NCBI GenBank assembly: GCA_963829525.1
Contig: CAWHIJ010000003.1
Span: 512,001 to 576,000 of the forward strand
Length of the DNA: 64,000 nucleotides
Direction: 5' to 3'
DNA from: an uncultured Actinomycetota bacterium
GTDB lineage: Bacteria > Actinomycetota > Actinomycetes > JAHEKZ01
A program made the position numbers and the translations under genes. The first letter of the stretch is position 1; each line of letters opens with the position of its first letter. The notes under the pieces were generated by a model that saw nothing but the letters and a program-made list of their open reading frames with translations, was not told the DNA's origin and did not search any database. This document shows positions 39,540-49,574 of the stretch, piece after piece.

Positions 39540-40544
39540 TCACCGTTTGAGGGTTGCCACCATGAGGGCCTTGATCGTGTGCAGCCGGTTCTCTGCCTGG
39601 TCGAAGGCGATGTTGGCCGACGACCGGAAGACCTCGTCGGTGACCTCAAGGCCGCCCGTGACACCAGTGAGCGCAGCCACCTCACGGCCCACCCTGGTGT
39701 GCTCGTCGTGGAATGCCGGCAGGCAGTGCATGAACTTGGGGTTCGGGTGGCCGGTCTTGGCCATGGCGGCGGCGTTCACCTGGTAGGGCATGAGCTCGCG
39801 GACGCGTGACTCCCACACCTCCGGTGGCTCACCCATCGAGACCCAGACGTCGGTGTGCACGAACTCAGCGCCGCGTAGGCCCTCGTCGGGGTCCTCGGTC
39901 AACGTGATCGTGGCGCCGGAACGTTCAGCATGCTCGCGGGCGATGGCCTGCACTTCGGCGTCCGGCCAGAGTGCCTTGGGAGCACAGATGCGGACGTCCG
40001 AGCCCATGATGGCACCCATCACCAGCAGGGAACGGCCCATGTTGAAGCGGCCGTCTCCCAGGAAGCAGTAGCTGGGGCTGGTCGTGACGCCCTCCGCGTG
40101 CTCCTCCATGGTCAGGAAGTCCGCAAGCATCTGTGTGGGGTGCCACTCGTCGGTGAGCCCGTTGTAGACGGGGACGTCGGCATGCTCGGCAAGCTCTTCG
40201 ATCGTGGACTGGGACTTGCCACGAAACTGGATGGCGTCGAACATGCCGGCGAGGACGCGACCGGTGTCGGCCGCCGACTCCTTGTGACCGAGCTGCGACG
40301 ACGATGGGTCGAGGTAGGTGACATGGGCCCCCTGGTCGTAGGCGGCGACCTCGAAGGCGCAGCGGGTACGGGTCGACGTCTTCTCGAAGATCAGAGCGAT
40401 GGAGCGACTGCTGAGGTGACGCTCCTCGGTGCCCGACCGCTTACCATCCTTGAGCTGGGCAGCGAGATCGATCAGATGCTGCAGCTCATCCCGGGTGAAG
40501 TCGATCTCCTTTAAGAAGTCACGATCCTTGAGGACGTCGCTCAT
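39540..40544 (-). CDS. argF: Ornithine carbamoyltransferase (ArcB/ArgF type)
   Basis: [27 protein letters not shown]. Confidence 0.9.
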   Translation of the reverse strand: MSDVLKDRDFLKEIDFTRDELQHLIDLAAQLKDGKRSGTEERHLSSRSIALIFEKTSTRTRCAFEVAAYDQGAHVTYLDPSSSQLGHKESAADTGRVLAGMFDAIQFRGKSQSTIEELAEHADVPVYNGLTDEWHPTQMLADFLTMEEHAEGVTTSPSYCFLGDGRFNMGRSLLVMGAIMGSDVRICAPKALWPDAEVQAIAREHAERSGATITLTEDPDEGLRGAEFVHTDVWVSMGEPPEVWESRVRELMPYQVNAAAMAKTGHPNPKFMHCLPAFHDEHTRVGREVAALTGVTGGLEVTDEVFRSSANIAFDQAENRLHTIKALMVATLKR

Positions 40545-40647
40545 CGACGGCACCACCCTTTCGTCGGTTCGGATCCTAACGAGCCTGCGACACCAGGCGT
40601 TGCTAGGTGTCGCGCTCTGCGCGGTGCCAGCACCTACCCTGTGGGCC

Positions 40648-41244
40648 GTGACGAACTTGCCGCGCAATCGGGCCATCGCACTCACGATCTTTGGACTCAC
40701 CGTCGTGCAGCTGGCCGTCGCTGCCTTCGTCCCAGGCCTGGAGCAGTTCGAGGGCAAAGGTTTCGGCGCGAGGCTCATGGCCTACCCCGCGATGATGCTC
40801 ATCGTCCCTGTGCTCTATCGGGTCTGGTCGAGGCGCAGGAGCCCGGTGCCGGAGACGCCATGGGCTGCCTACGCGTTTCTCTGGGCGCCCTTCCTGATCG
40901 ACGTCACTGGCAACACGCTCAACCTCTATGACGCCGTGGTGTGGTGGGACGACGCCAACCACTTCGTCAACTGGTTCCTGCTCTCCGCCGGCGTCGGACT
41001 GATTCTGTCCAGGACTTCCACACTCCCGCCGTGGGCGCTCGGCTGGCTGGTCGTCGGGATTGGTGCGATCTTGGCCATCACCTGGGAACTCGGCGAGTGG
41101 TACACCTTCATCAGACATGGAACCGAGCTCAACACCGCTTATGAAGACACCCTCTTTGACGAGTTCCTCGGGACGATGGGGGCAGGAGTCGCGGGGATCT
41201 GGATGGCGGTCCGTCGAAGGGGTGAGATCAGGCGCGAGGCTTGA
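40648..41244 (+). CDS. Multi-pass membrane protein (DUF2238/YjdF-like)
   Basis: WDDANHF, WELGEW and EDTLFD among TM helices; TACCT -10-like box before the GTG. Confidence 0.6.
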   Translation: MTNLPRNRAIALTIFGLTVVQLAVAAFVPGLEQFEGKGFGARLMAYPAMMLIVPVLYRVWSRRRSPVPETPWAAYAFLWAPFLIDVTGNTLNLYDAVVWWDDANHFVNWFLLSAGVGLILSRTSTLPPWALGWLVVGIGAILAITWELGEWYTFIRHGTELNTAYEDTLFDEFLGTMGAGVAGIWMAVRRRGEIRREA

Positions 41245-42313
41245 CCTTCGTCGGGTCGAAGATTGACAGGTCTGCAACGGTGGCCGTCGTACCACCGACG
41301 TCCACGACGGTGTCGTTACGGGCAGCAGAAGATTCCATGATCGCTAACGCAATGGCACCAAAGCGTGGACTGTTGGTTGGACTCGTGAGCGTCCCAACGA
41401 CCCGTCCGTCTTTGGTGACCTCGGAACCGCCCTCGGGAAGCTCGCCAGCCTCCAGACGCAGCGTCTTCAGACGTCGGGGCGGTTGGGATGCGGTCTTCTG
41501 CAACACGTCCTTGCCGAGGTAGTCGATGTCTGGTGCAAAGCTGACCATGCGGTCCATGCCCAGGTCGAACGGCGTCAACTGACCTGGTTCGTACTCGAAC
41601 TCGAAGACGATGAGACCAGCCTCGATACGGGCGATGTCGATGGCGTTGAAGCCGACCGGCCGAACTCCGGCATCTGCCAAGGCGAGCCAGAGTCGCTCAG
41701 CCTCAGCACGCGTCGGGATGAGTTCATATCCGAGCTCTCCGGAGAACCCGGTACGGGAAATGAAGACTTCGATACCAGCGATCGTCACCGGCTCTGTGAA
41801 CCGGAAGTAGGGGAGGCGGGAGAAGTCGAAGTCACTGAGGGACTGGAGGATCTCGCGCGACCGCGGACCTTGCACCGATACCAGTGGCATCTCGTGCAGC
41901 CGGTTGACCATTGTCACGTCAGCGTTGGGTGAGTGCTCACGCACGAACCCGTCGAAGGTGTCGGTGTTGGTGAAGGCGAAGTATGAGCCATCAGCGCGTT
42001 TGTAGATCGTGCCCTCGTCCATCATCACGCCACCGCCATTGACGAAGGCCCCGTAGCGAACCTGGTCGACTTGTTGGGTGGCCAGGTTGTTGGTGAAGCC
42101 GCGCTGAAGTGCGGCCTGGGCGTCCGGGCCGGTCACGTGCCACTTGTTCAGCGCATAGACGTCCCACATCCCCGCACCGGACCGAAGTGACTCGTACTCG
42201 GCGAGGACATCTCCGAAGTCGAGGGTCCACATCCATCCACCGAAGTCGTCGAAGGTCCCCCCTTGGCGTTCCTGGACGTCAAAGAGGACAGAGCGAATCG
42301 GTGCGTCAGTCAT
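41228..42313 (-). CDS. Aminomethyltransferase (GcvT-family, THF-dependent)
   Basis: VQGPRS, SRTGFSGELGYE, ARIEAG. Confidence 0.88.
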   Translation of the reverse strand: MTDAPIRSVLFDVQERQGGTFDDFGGWMWTLDFGDVLAEYESLRSGAGMWDVYALNKWHVTGPDAQAALQRGFTNNLATQQVDQVRYGAFVNGGGVMMDEGTIYKRADGSYFAFTNTDTFDGFVREHSPNADVTMVNRLHEMPLVSVQGPRSREILQSLSDFDFSRLPYFRFTEPVTIAGIEVFISRTGFSGELGYELIPTRAEAERLWLALADAGVRPVGFNAIDIARIEAGLIVFEFEYEPGQLTPFDLGMDRMVSFAPDIDYLGKDVLQKTASQPPRRLKTLRLEAGELPEGGSEVTKDGRVVGTLTSPTNSPRFGAIALAIMESSAARNDTVVDVGGTTATVADLSIFDPTKVKPRA

Positions 42314-42333
42314 GGCACCACTCTGGCGAGAAC

Positions 42334-42351
42334 TAACTGACCAGTCAATCA
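42334..42351. promoter_or_regulatory. Second copy of the operator (TAACTGA-N4-TCAATCA) overlapping the promoter of the gcvT-like gene
   Basis: Two arm mismatches to 34369-34386; minus-strand TTGACT-N17-CAGAGT-N6-ATG leaderless promoter. Confidence 0.62.
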
Positions 42352-43319
42352 GTCAAGCCGAGAACCCTTCGAGCGTTCTCGGAGTACAGGCCGGGGAGGT
42401 ATCGCGGTTCGACGGCCGCCCCATTGATGGCCCAGTTGCCTTGCGGCGGGATCGGGTCGCCGGAGTAGGCGAAGTCGCGATCGTCGGTCTCCAGGAAACG
42501 GCGATGCCGTGCGTAGTCATCGGCGCTCGGCGGAAAGCAGTCCGTTCCGAAGAGGACGCGGTCGGGAAACGCTGAGACGAGCTTGGCAAAAGCGTGTGGT
42601 CGCCGGCCTAGCTCACCGAGGCGTCCCGCGATGTCGACGTTCCAGTGGGGGTGGGAGGCCAACATCTGACCCACCCCCAGGAGGTCCTCAGCCCAACAGC
42701 CGACGTGGGCGCCGATGAATGTGGTTCCGGGGCACTGTGTGACAAGCCGATCAAGGCTGCCCATGAGGTCGGAGAAGCTTGGCAGCCCAGCCCCTCCGAA
42801 CCACCACTCCGGATGCACTTGCAGCTCGTCCCACCGTTCGTTCTCTTCGGTGAGTGGCTCGAAGAACGCGACGGGATCGGCGGTGTGGATCAGAACCGGC
42901 AACGCGAGCTCGCCCGCTGCCTGAAGGACCGCGACAACGCGAGGGTCATCAGGCATGACAAGCGCGCCAGACGCGTCGCGCACTCCGAGGCCAAGGTCCT
43001 TCCACACCTTGACGCCTCGAGCCCCCGCGGCACATGAGGCCGCAAGCTGCGTCGTCATCGCCTCGATGGCCAGGCGTGAGTCGGACTCAGACTGGAGAGC
43101 GGACCAGTCGACTTGGCAGAAAGTGAGAATGCGCCGAGGGTGTCTGGCGTCGTACCTGGCGATGTTGGCGACCAGCTCATCTCCCCACCGACCATCGAGA
43201 TTGACGATGGTTTCGACGCCGGCCGCATCGAGCATCGTCAGGAACCCATCGACATCTCTGACCAGCCAGTCGCCGTCCTCGGAGAGCCAGCGGCCGAGGT
43301 GATTGTGTGCGTCGATCAC
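42345..43319 (-). CDS. Amidohydrolase family 2 protein
   Basis: IDAHNH, LIHTAD, GAHVG, LFGTD. Confidence 0.88.
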   Translation of the reverse strand: MIDAHNHLGRWLSEDGDWLVRDVDGFLTMLDAAGVETIVNLDGRWGDELVANIARYDARHPRRILTFCQVDWSALQSESDSRLAIEAMTTQLAASCAAGARGVKVWKDLGLGVRDASGALVMPDDPRVVAVLQAAGELALPVLIHTADPVAFFEPLTEENERWDELQVHPEWWFGGAGLPSFSDLMGSLDRLVTQCPGTTFIGAHVGCWAEDLLGVGQMLASHPHWNVDIAGRLGELGRRPHAFAKLVSAFPDRVLFGTDCFPPSADDYARHRRFLETDDRDFAYSGDPIPPQGNWAINGAAVEPRYLPGLYSENARRVLGLTD

Positions 43320-43355
43320 CCCAGCATTGTGACGCCTAACCCGCCGAGGTACTGC

Positions 43356-43703
43356 TCAGTCGAAGATTTCTTCGAGGAAGCTCTTCTTCCTCTTGGGGGG
43401 CTTCCCGTACTGCTGCTGAGGCGGGTATCCCTGGGGCTGCTGGGGTGGGTATCCCTGGGGCTGCTGGGGTGGGTATGGCTGCTGGTAGCCCTGGGGAGCG
43501 GGCGCAGCAGGAACCGGGGTCGGCGCAGCTTGAACGGGGGCATTGGCCTGGGCGGCCCATCGCAGCTCGGCGTCGACGAGACCCTCGAGCTCGCCGCGGT
43601 CGAGGAAGACTCCGCGGCACTCGGTGCACTGGTCAACGTGGATGCCGCTGCGCTCGTACTGACGCATGTCACCGTGGCACTTGGGGCAGGTCAACGCTGT
43701 CAT
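43356..43703 (-). CDS. TFIIB-type zinc ribbon protein with Q/P/Y-rich tail
   Basis: CPKC...CTECRGVFLDRGELE; QGYPPQQP repeats; KKSFLEEIFD. Confidence 0.85.
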   Translation of the reverse strand: MTALTCPKCHGDMRQYERSGIHVDQCTECRGVFLDRGELEGLVDAELRWAAQANAPVQAAPTPVPAAPAPQGYQQPYPPQQPQGYPPQQPQGYPPQQQYGKPPKRKKSFLEEIFD

Positions 43704-43800
43704 GGTCCGCGTCCTTCCGTCGGGGCCCCAGCCTGACATACGAAAGACTCTTCTGCAATCTGGATGTCGAGAGGTTGCCTCGGGGGCTGGGTGGAGTCGA

Positions 43801-44442
43801 TCAGTTTCCTGGCCGCGGACAGCGCCAGACGCCGAGGCGTTGCGCGGCAGCTGCGGCCTGGGCTCGGCGGAACTCCTGTTGCCACAGATAGGGGTCGTCG
43901 TACGTGTACTCCAGGGCGTACCCACGGCGGACAGCATCTCGATTGAACTGCCGTGGTGCTCCGTCGGTCGTCCAGACGTACGCGAGCGTGCGGTCGTAGT
44001 AGTCGAGTCGCCCCTGCGAGCGGTCGAACTCCAAGGCTGCTGGTTCGCCGAGCAGACGCCGGGTAGCGAACTTTGTGGCTTCTGGCCCGTAGCATTCGAT
44101 GGGCTCTGTCGGGTGCACGGTCTCGGGGGTGTCGATTCCGATCAAGCGCAGCGTGAGGGTGCGGCGTCCCTTGGTGACGTCAACGGTGTCACCATCGACG
44201 ATGCGGGAGACTCGCCAACCCGAGCTGACTGGCCCCCTCGCAAGTCGACGTACGGCAACAACACCGGTTGGTCCGCTGCCTCCACCGTGCCCGACCCCCT
44301 CGTTTCCCGCGGCCTGGTCCTTGTGCGTAGCGCGCTCACTTGCAGAAGATTTGTCTCGCGTTCGAACTCGGCCCGGTTCGGATGGGGTGCAGGCTGAGAG
44401 TGCAAGGGACAGGCAGATGACCATCAATATCGCTCGGCGCAC
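43801..44442 (-). CDS. Thermonuclease (SNase) family lipoprotein
   Basis: LSAC lipobox, IVDGDT, RLIGIDTPE, DYYDRTLAYV. Confidence 0.9.
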   Translation of the reverse strand: MRRAILMVICLSLALSACTPSEPGRVRTRDKSSASERATHKDQAAGNEGVGHGGGSGPTGVVAVRRLARGPVSSGWRVSRIVDGDTVDVTKGRRTLTLRLIGIDTPETVHPTEPIECYGPEATKFATRRLLGEPAALEFDRSQGRLDYYDRTLAYVWTTDGAPRQFNRDAVRRGYALEYTYDDPYLWQQEFRRAQAAAAAQRLGVWRCPRPGN

Positions 44443-44468
44443 GCGTACCTCCCGTTGTCAGGAGGGTC

Positions 44469-45650
44469 TCATGCGACAGATGAGTCGGACTCTCTGACGT
44501 CGATGGTCTGGGCGAGCGACAGTGTCCGTTGCACGAGGTCGGCCACGGCATCGACCTCGAGCAGGAACCCATCGTGCCCATACGGCGATGTGATGACGTG
44601 CAGCTGGTCTGCTGTCGGGATCAGGTCTGCGAGCTCTTGCTGGAGCCGCAGTGGGTAGAGCCGATCACTGTCAACGCCACCTACTACGACGGGCACCGTG
44701 ATGGTGGAGAGCGCGGCCGAGGTACCACCGCGTCCGCGTCCGACGTCATGCGTCGTCATGGCGTCGGTGAGGGCCACGTAGGTTCCCGCGTCGAAGCGAC
44801 GGGCCAACTTGTCAGCGTGGTGGTCCAGGTAGCTCTGCACCGCGTACCTGCCGTAACGAAGTGGCTCTTCGCCTGACTGCGCCTCGCGGCCGAAGCGCAC
44901 GTCGAGCTCGACCTCGGTGCGGTAGGTGAGGTGCGCGACGCGTCGGGCTACGCCCATGCCCAGGTGTGGACCGTCGCCGGGTGCGGCGTCGTGGTAGTCG
45001 CCGCCGCACCACTTGGGGTCAGCGGTGATTGCGTGAATCTGAGCGGTCTGAGTGCCGATCTGGTCGGCAGTGGCCGCAGCACCGACGGCAACGACGAGTG
45101 CTGAGCGCAGGGCTCCGGGGTACGTGATGGCCCACTCCAGAGAGCGCATGCCGCCCATCGAGCCACCGATGACCGATGCCCATGCATCAATGCCAAGGTG
45201 GTCGGTGAGCAGCCGCTCGACTGCTATCTGGTCGCGGACTGTAATGCGGGGGAAACGCGAGCCCCAAGGGCGTGCGTCAGGTGCCAGCGAGGCGGGTCCG
45301 GTCGTCCCTTGGCAGCCGCCCAGGACGTTCGGCGCCACGACGAACCAGTCGGCAGGGTCGAGAGGCGCACCCGGTGCGAGAAGTGGCTCCCACCACCCGG
45401 CGGTCGGGTGCTCAGGCCCCGCCGGCCCGGCGAGGTGCGAGTCGCCGGTGAGTGCGTGCAGCACGAGGACCGCATTCGAAGCGTCGGCGTTGAGGGTGCC
45501 GTAGGTCTCGTAGGCAACGCGAATGCTCGGCAGCTCGCCTCCGAGCTCGAGCTCAACGCGTCCGAGATCGACGAAGCGACGTTGACCGGGAGGATCCCCC
45601 TCCCGCCAGGCACCGCTGGCAGGAGGGGGTGTCCGTTGATCGATCGTCAC
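44469..45650 (-). CDS. metX: Homoserine O-acetyltransferase
   Basis: HALTGD, GGSMGGM, DSDRLYP, GHDGFL. Confidence 0.95.
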   Translation of the reverse strand: MTIDQRTPPPASGAWREGDPPGQRRFVDLGRVELELGGELPSIRVAYETYGTLNADASNAVLVLHALTGDSHLAGPAGPEHPTAGWWEPLLAPGAPLDPADWFVVAPNVLGGCQGTTGPASLAPDARPWGSRFPRITVRDQIAVERLLTDHLGIDAWASVIGGSMGGMRSLEWAITYPGALRSALVVAVGAAATADQIGTQTAQIHAITADPKWCGGDYHDAAPGDGPHLGMGVARRVAHLTYRTEVELDVRFGREAQSGEEPLRYGRYAVQSYLDHHADKLARRFDAGTYVALTDAMTTHDVGRGRGGTSAALSTITVPVVVGGVDSDRLYPLRLQQELADLIPTADQLHVITSPYGHDGFLLEVDAVADLVQRTLSLAQTIDVRESDSSVA

Positions 45651-45657
45651 TGACGCC

Positions 45658-46962
45658 TCAGGCGCCCTTGACGGCGCGGAATCCGGCCTCGAGGTCGGCA
45701 ATGAGGTCGGGTAGTCCCTCGAGACCAACCGCGAGGCGAACCAGGCCGGGTGTGACGCCGGACGCCGCCTGCTCCTCTGGGGTCAGCTGTGAGTGCGTCG
45801 TCGACGCCGGCGCGATCACCAAGGAGCGAACGTCGCCGATGTTGGCGACATGGCTGAAGAGCTCGAGCGAGTCGACGAACTGCTTCGCGGCTTCTCGGCC
45901 GCCCACGACCTCGAACGACAGGACGGCACCAGGGCCCTTGGGGGCATACTTCTGGCCGCGCTCGTACCAAGGAGAGCTCGGCAACCCGGAGTAGTTCACC
46001 GACTCGACCTGCGGGTGTTGCTCGAGCCACTCCGCGATCGCCTTCGCATTCTGCACGTGGCGCTCGATGCGCAGGCTCAGGGTCTCCAGGCCCTGAGCAA
46101 TGAGGAACGCGTTGAAAGGAGCAACCGCTGACCCGAGGTCGCGAAGCAGCTGGATGCGAGCCTTGATGATGTAGGCGATGTCGCCCAGCGCCTCGGTGTA
46201 AACCAGACCGTGGTAGCTGGGATCGGGCTCGCTGAACTCAGGGAACTTCTCAGCGTTGGCCGCCCAGTCGAAGCTGCCACCGTCGACGATCACGCCCGCG
46301 ACCGCGGTGCCGTGGCCTCCCAGGTACTTGGTCGCAGAGTGCACGACGATGTCGGCGCCGTGCTTGAGCGGCTGGATGAGGTACGGCGTCGCGACGGTGT
46401 TGTCAACGATCAGTGGCACGCCGGCGTCATGTGCAACGCCAGCTACGCCCTCGATGTCAAGAATGTCGGTGCGTGGGTTGGCGATCGTCTCACCGAAGAA
46501 CGCTTTGGTGTTTGGACGAACCGCCGCTCGCCATGCGTCCAGGTCGTCAGGGTTGTCGACCAGCGTGACTTCGATGCCGAGCTTGGGCAGCGTGTAGTGG
46601 AAGAGGTTGTACGTGCCGCCATAGAGCGATGCCGACGAAACGATGTGGTCCCCGGCGCGTGCGATGTTGAGAATGGCGAAGGTCTCTGCCGCCTGTCCGC
46701 TGGCGACCAGCAGGGCGCCCACGCCTCCTTCGAGAGCAGCAATGCGTTGCTCAACGGCGTCCTGCGTGGGGTTCATGATGCGTGTGTAGATGTTGCCCGG
46801 CTCGGCCAAACCGAAGAGCGCAGCTGCGTGGTCGGTGTCGCGGAAGACGTACGAGGTGGTCTGGTAGATCGGTAGCGCGCGGGCGCCTGTGGCGGTGTCG
46901 GCGCTCTGGCCAGCGTGAATCTGCTTGGTCTCGAAGGACCAGGCACTGGGGTCGGTCGTCAT
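45658..46962 (-). CDS. metY: O-acetylhomoserine sulfhydrylase
   Basis: PIYQTTSY, YTRIMNPT, HSATKY, ANIGD, TTHSQL. Confidence 0.95.
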   Translation of the reverse strand: MTTDPSAWSFETKQIHAGQSADTATGARALPIYQTTSYVFRDTDHAAALFGLAEPGNIYTRIMNPTQDAVEQRIAALEGGVGALLVASGQAAETFAILNIARAGDHIVSSASLYGGTYNLFHYTLPKLGIEVTLVDNPDDLDAWRAAVRPNTKAFFGETIANPRTDILDIEGVAGVAHDAGVPLIVDNTVATPYLIQPLKHGADIVVHSATKYLGGHGTAVAGVIVDGGSFDWAANAEKFPEFSEPDPSYHGLVYTEALGDIAYIIKARIQLLRDLGSAVAPFNAFLIAQGLETLSLRIERHVQNAKAIAEWLEQHPQVESVNYSGLPSSPWYERGQKYAPKGPGAVLSFEVVGGREAAKQFVDSLELFSHVANIGDVRSLVIAPASTTHSQLTPEEQAASGVTPGLVRLAVGLEGLPDLIADLEAGFRAVKGA

Positions 46963-47094
46963 GAGGTACTCCTGATATCGGTAGGCGGGGGCAGCGGATC
47001 AAAGCGGAAGCGCGTCGTGCTGGGCACGAACCCGGGATGGCCGGCGAGCAGTGCTCGCAGCGCAGGTGACGGCGAAGGATGGAGCCCGGGTCCG

Positions 47095-47172
47095 TCAGAC
47101 CATGCAGGGGCACATACAGCGACAACACATTCGTGCGCAGCTGGGCGTCACGAGGGTTGCGGCAGAAGTCAT
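47095..47172 (-). CDS. Leaderless Cys/Met-rich leader peptide MTSAATLVTPSCARMCCRCMCPCMV (attenuator)
   Basis: TAACCT -10 box 7 nt before the ATG; 6 Cys and 3 Met in the last 14 codons; directly upstream of metY. Confidence 0.82.
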   Translation of the reverse strand: MTSAATLVTPSCARMCCRCMCPCMV

Positions 47173-47297
47173 GCGGAGAAGGTTAAGCGCGATCGAGGAA
47201 AGTGTCCATTTGTTGAGCAGTGATCTCAAATGGTGAGATCGACCGACCAACGGTTGCCCGATCTCCCTTCTCTGCACCCTGCCTACACAATGGGGAC

Positions 47298-47693
47298 GTG
47301 AAGATCACCATGCTGCTCGCCGACGCCGCCCAGCAGGTCGGCGGGAAGCTCTACATCCTCGGGGGCGGATGGTCGACGACAGGTGCGCCTACGGCGCCCA
47401 TGGCTGTCGCTATCAAGATCGAGGTCCCCTGGGATCGCACCAACGTCGGCCATGACTGGCGACTGGCGCTGATAGACGCTGACGGCCGCCCCGTCCAAAC
47501 GTCGGATGACCGCCCCGTTGAGGTCACCGGTCAGCTTGAAGTAGGTCGACCGGCTGGGTTGCCGGAAGGCACGCCGCTCGATGCGCCCCTGGTCGTGAGC
47601 TTCGGTTCGATGCCTTTGCAGCCGGGTCGCTACGAATGGCGGCTCGAGATTGAGGAGTTCGTCGAGTCGTGCGCTTTCCTGGTGCGCAGCTGA
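47298..47693 (+). CDS. Conserved hypothetical protein (DUF6941-like)
   Basis: LLADAA..GKLYILGGGW; PGRYEW. Confidence 0.6.
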   Translation: MKITMLLADAAQQVGGKLYILGGGWSTTGAPTAPMAVAIKIEVPWDRTNVGHDWRLALIDADGRPVQTSDDRPVEVTGQLEVGRPAGLPEGTPLDAPLVVSFGSMPLQPGRYEWRLEIEEFVESCAFLVRS

Positions 47694-47743
47694 CGGTGTC
47701 GCCTATGTTGAGGTGACTGAGCCGCCTCATCCGGGAGAACCGC

Positions 47744-49108
47744 ATGCGACGAAGCACCAAACTTCAGACCGTTGCCCTGGTCGCCACACTCGCCGCCGGA
47801 GTTGCCCTGGTGGCGCCCGCAACGGCGTCAGCCGAACCTTCGCCAAGTGAGCAGCTGGCGGAGAGCTTGCAGCGCGCCATGCAGAACGCTGCTTTCGACG
47901 AGGTGGTCGACTTCGAGTACGACACCGCTGACGGTCCGGCACCGCAGGTGGCGAACATGCCCAATGTTGACGTGGCAGTGATCGAGCTCGACCAGATGGG
48001 GCGTCCCATTGCTGCGGCCAACGTGCTTCAGTCGAGGGACTTCCCCGAGGGACACGTCGTCGAGCTCGATGATGATCTGGCGGCGACCGGAGTGGATTGG
48101 CGGGCCTGGGACATCGATCGGTGGGACGGAGATTGGAACGCACCGTTTGCCGCCGGTTCGCAGATCGTCCCTGGGTCGGAAGGCGAGACGTTCATGTCCC
48201 CCTACCCGGCGTCGACATTCAAACTGCTCGTTGCAGTGCACACCCTGCAGCTGGTCGACGCGGGCGTCATTGATCTGGATGCTGAGTTCGTGTACAAGCG
48301 CCAGAGGGGCGATACCTGCCTAGGTGAGAGGGCGAAGTTCCGGTCAACGACGGCAGCCGAGCTCGAGAAGATGATCACCTACTCGAGCAACCTTTCAACG
48401 TGTGCACTCCTCAAGCAACTTCACAACCTGCACGAGATCGGTGCCATGAATCAGGGCTACGTCGACCTTGGGCTGCCGACCCTCCAGGTGACCGGCACCG
48501 ACGCCGGTGCGGGTGGTACGTGGAACCCCGGTTCGATCCACATGACGGCAATGGACACCGCGCGCCTCCTGCTCATCGTCAATGGCTCACCGGGAGTTCT
48601 GTGGAGGGCCCCCGACGGCAACCCTGTCGTCGCTGACCGGGTGCTCAGCGAGGAGTCTCAGGCACTGCTGATGAAGCATCTCGGCAACCAAGGATTCAAT
48701 GAAGTGCTCTCAACGCCCAACTGGTGCGGCCTCGACTATCCCGCGCAAGGCATTCCGGCCACCGTTCCCGAGCGATGGGTCGATCCCGTCGACGGAACCG
48801 TCACCGTCGACGGCATCCCTTACTTCCAGGACGTGCGGCCGTGCAACGAGGCAGCAGAGGTGACATTCGCGCACAAGACAGGGCTGACCTACAACTACGG
48901 GTCTGACGCCGGCATCGTCAAGGCCGTTGCCGGTCAAGATGGACGGCACTACATCGTGGCGGCCTTTGCCAATCTCGGGTACCGGTACAGCGATGCCAGC
49001 CAGGCAGATTCACCTGATCTCCCTTGCTTTGTTTCCGGCGTCTGCTACACCGAGAAGTTCGCGATCTTGGGCAAGTCGATCGACGACCTCATGCGCAGGG
49101 TTTCGTAA
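47744..49108 (+). CDS. Secreted serine hydrolase of the beta-lactamase/PBP fold
   Basis: Signal peptide; PASTFK (SxxK), YSSN (SxN), HKTG. Confidence 0.85.
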   Translation: MRRSTKLQTVALVATLAAGVALVAPATASAEPSPSEQLAESLQRAMQNAAFDEVVDFEYDTADGPAPQVANMPNVDVAVIELDQMGRPIAAANVLQSRDFPEGHVVELDDDLAATGVDWRAWDIDRWDGDWNAPFAAGSQIVPGSEGETFMSPYPASTFKLLVAVHTLQLVDAGVIDLDAEFVYKRQRGDTCLGERAKFRSTTAAELEKMITYSSNLSTCALLKQLHNLHEIGAMNQGYVDLGLPTLQVTGTDAGAGGTWNPGSIHMTAMDTARLLLIVNGSPGVLWRAPDGNPVVADRVLSEESQALLMKHLGNQGFNEVLSTPNWCGLDYPAQGIPATVPERWVDPVDGTVTVDGIPYFQDVRPCNEAAEVTFAHKTGLTYNYGSDAGIVKAVAGQDGRHYIVAAFANLGYRYSDASQADSPDLPCFVSGVCYTEKFAILGKSIDDLMRRVS

Positions 49109-49147
49109 GACCGCGCCGTTCTGCCGCGTGCTGTACGAAGGCGTCTG

Positions 49148-49208
49148 TACGAGAGTTGGCCTCGGATTCTGGCCCAGATTCACCGTGATCTCGGGGCTAA
49201 CTCTCGTA
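49148..49208. repeat. Imperfect inverted repeat TACGAGAGTTGGCC...GGCTAACTCTCGTA (REP-like doublet 1)
   Basis: Arms read directly; same motif as doublet 2. Confidence 0.8.
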
Positions 49209-49325
49209 GCGGGGCTGCGCCACCGTCGTCGGCGCGTCATTCTCCCCAACCGGTGAGGGGACGTACCGTCCACAGTGGACGTCAGATGTGCCGCCACACC
49301 TGAGGAGACACTTCATGGTGTCGGC

Positions 49326-49574
49326 ATGTCAGCACACCTACCTCCTGCTATCGGCTCTCGTGTCTTCCGCGGGGTCCCCCGGCCGGAGTGCAACCCGACG
49401 TTCTGCTTCCAGGGGGAGCAGTTCCGTGCGCCACTCTCCAGACGCGGCAACGGCGCGATGGCAGCGGCTCGCTGCGCGACCAGAGGTGCGGCTGTGGGTT
49501 CCGCCGACTGGCCTCGAGATCGTTCGAAGGCCGCTCGTACGCCGCTACGAGAGACAGCCCCGAAATCTGGCTGA
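49326..49574 (+). pseudogene. Probable internally deleted DUF559/AbiEi-like gene remnant
   Basis: N-terminus MSAHLPPAIGSRVFRG resembles actinobacterial DUF559-type proteins (from memory); bracketed by the two palindromes. Confidence 0.35.

Noticed and set aside
43400-43500. 24-bp tandem repeat
   Set aside because: In-frame coding repeat (QGYPPQQP) within the zinc-ribbon protein.
46963-47095. SAM-I/SAM-IV riboswitch before metY
   Set aside because: No AUCAAGAG/AUCCAGAG...GGCAACC...GGUGC core found; the leader peptide explains the region.
47744-49108. Antibiotic-resistance beta-lactamase
   Set aside because: It has SxxK/SxN/KTG but is much longer and lacks a recognisable class A omega-loop (ExxLN); only the fold can be supported.
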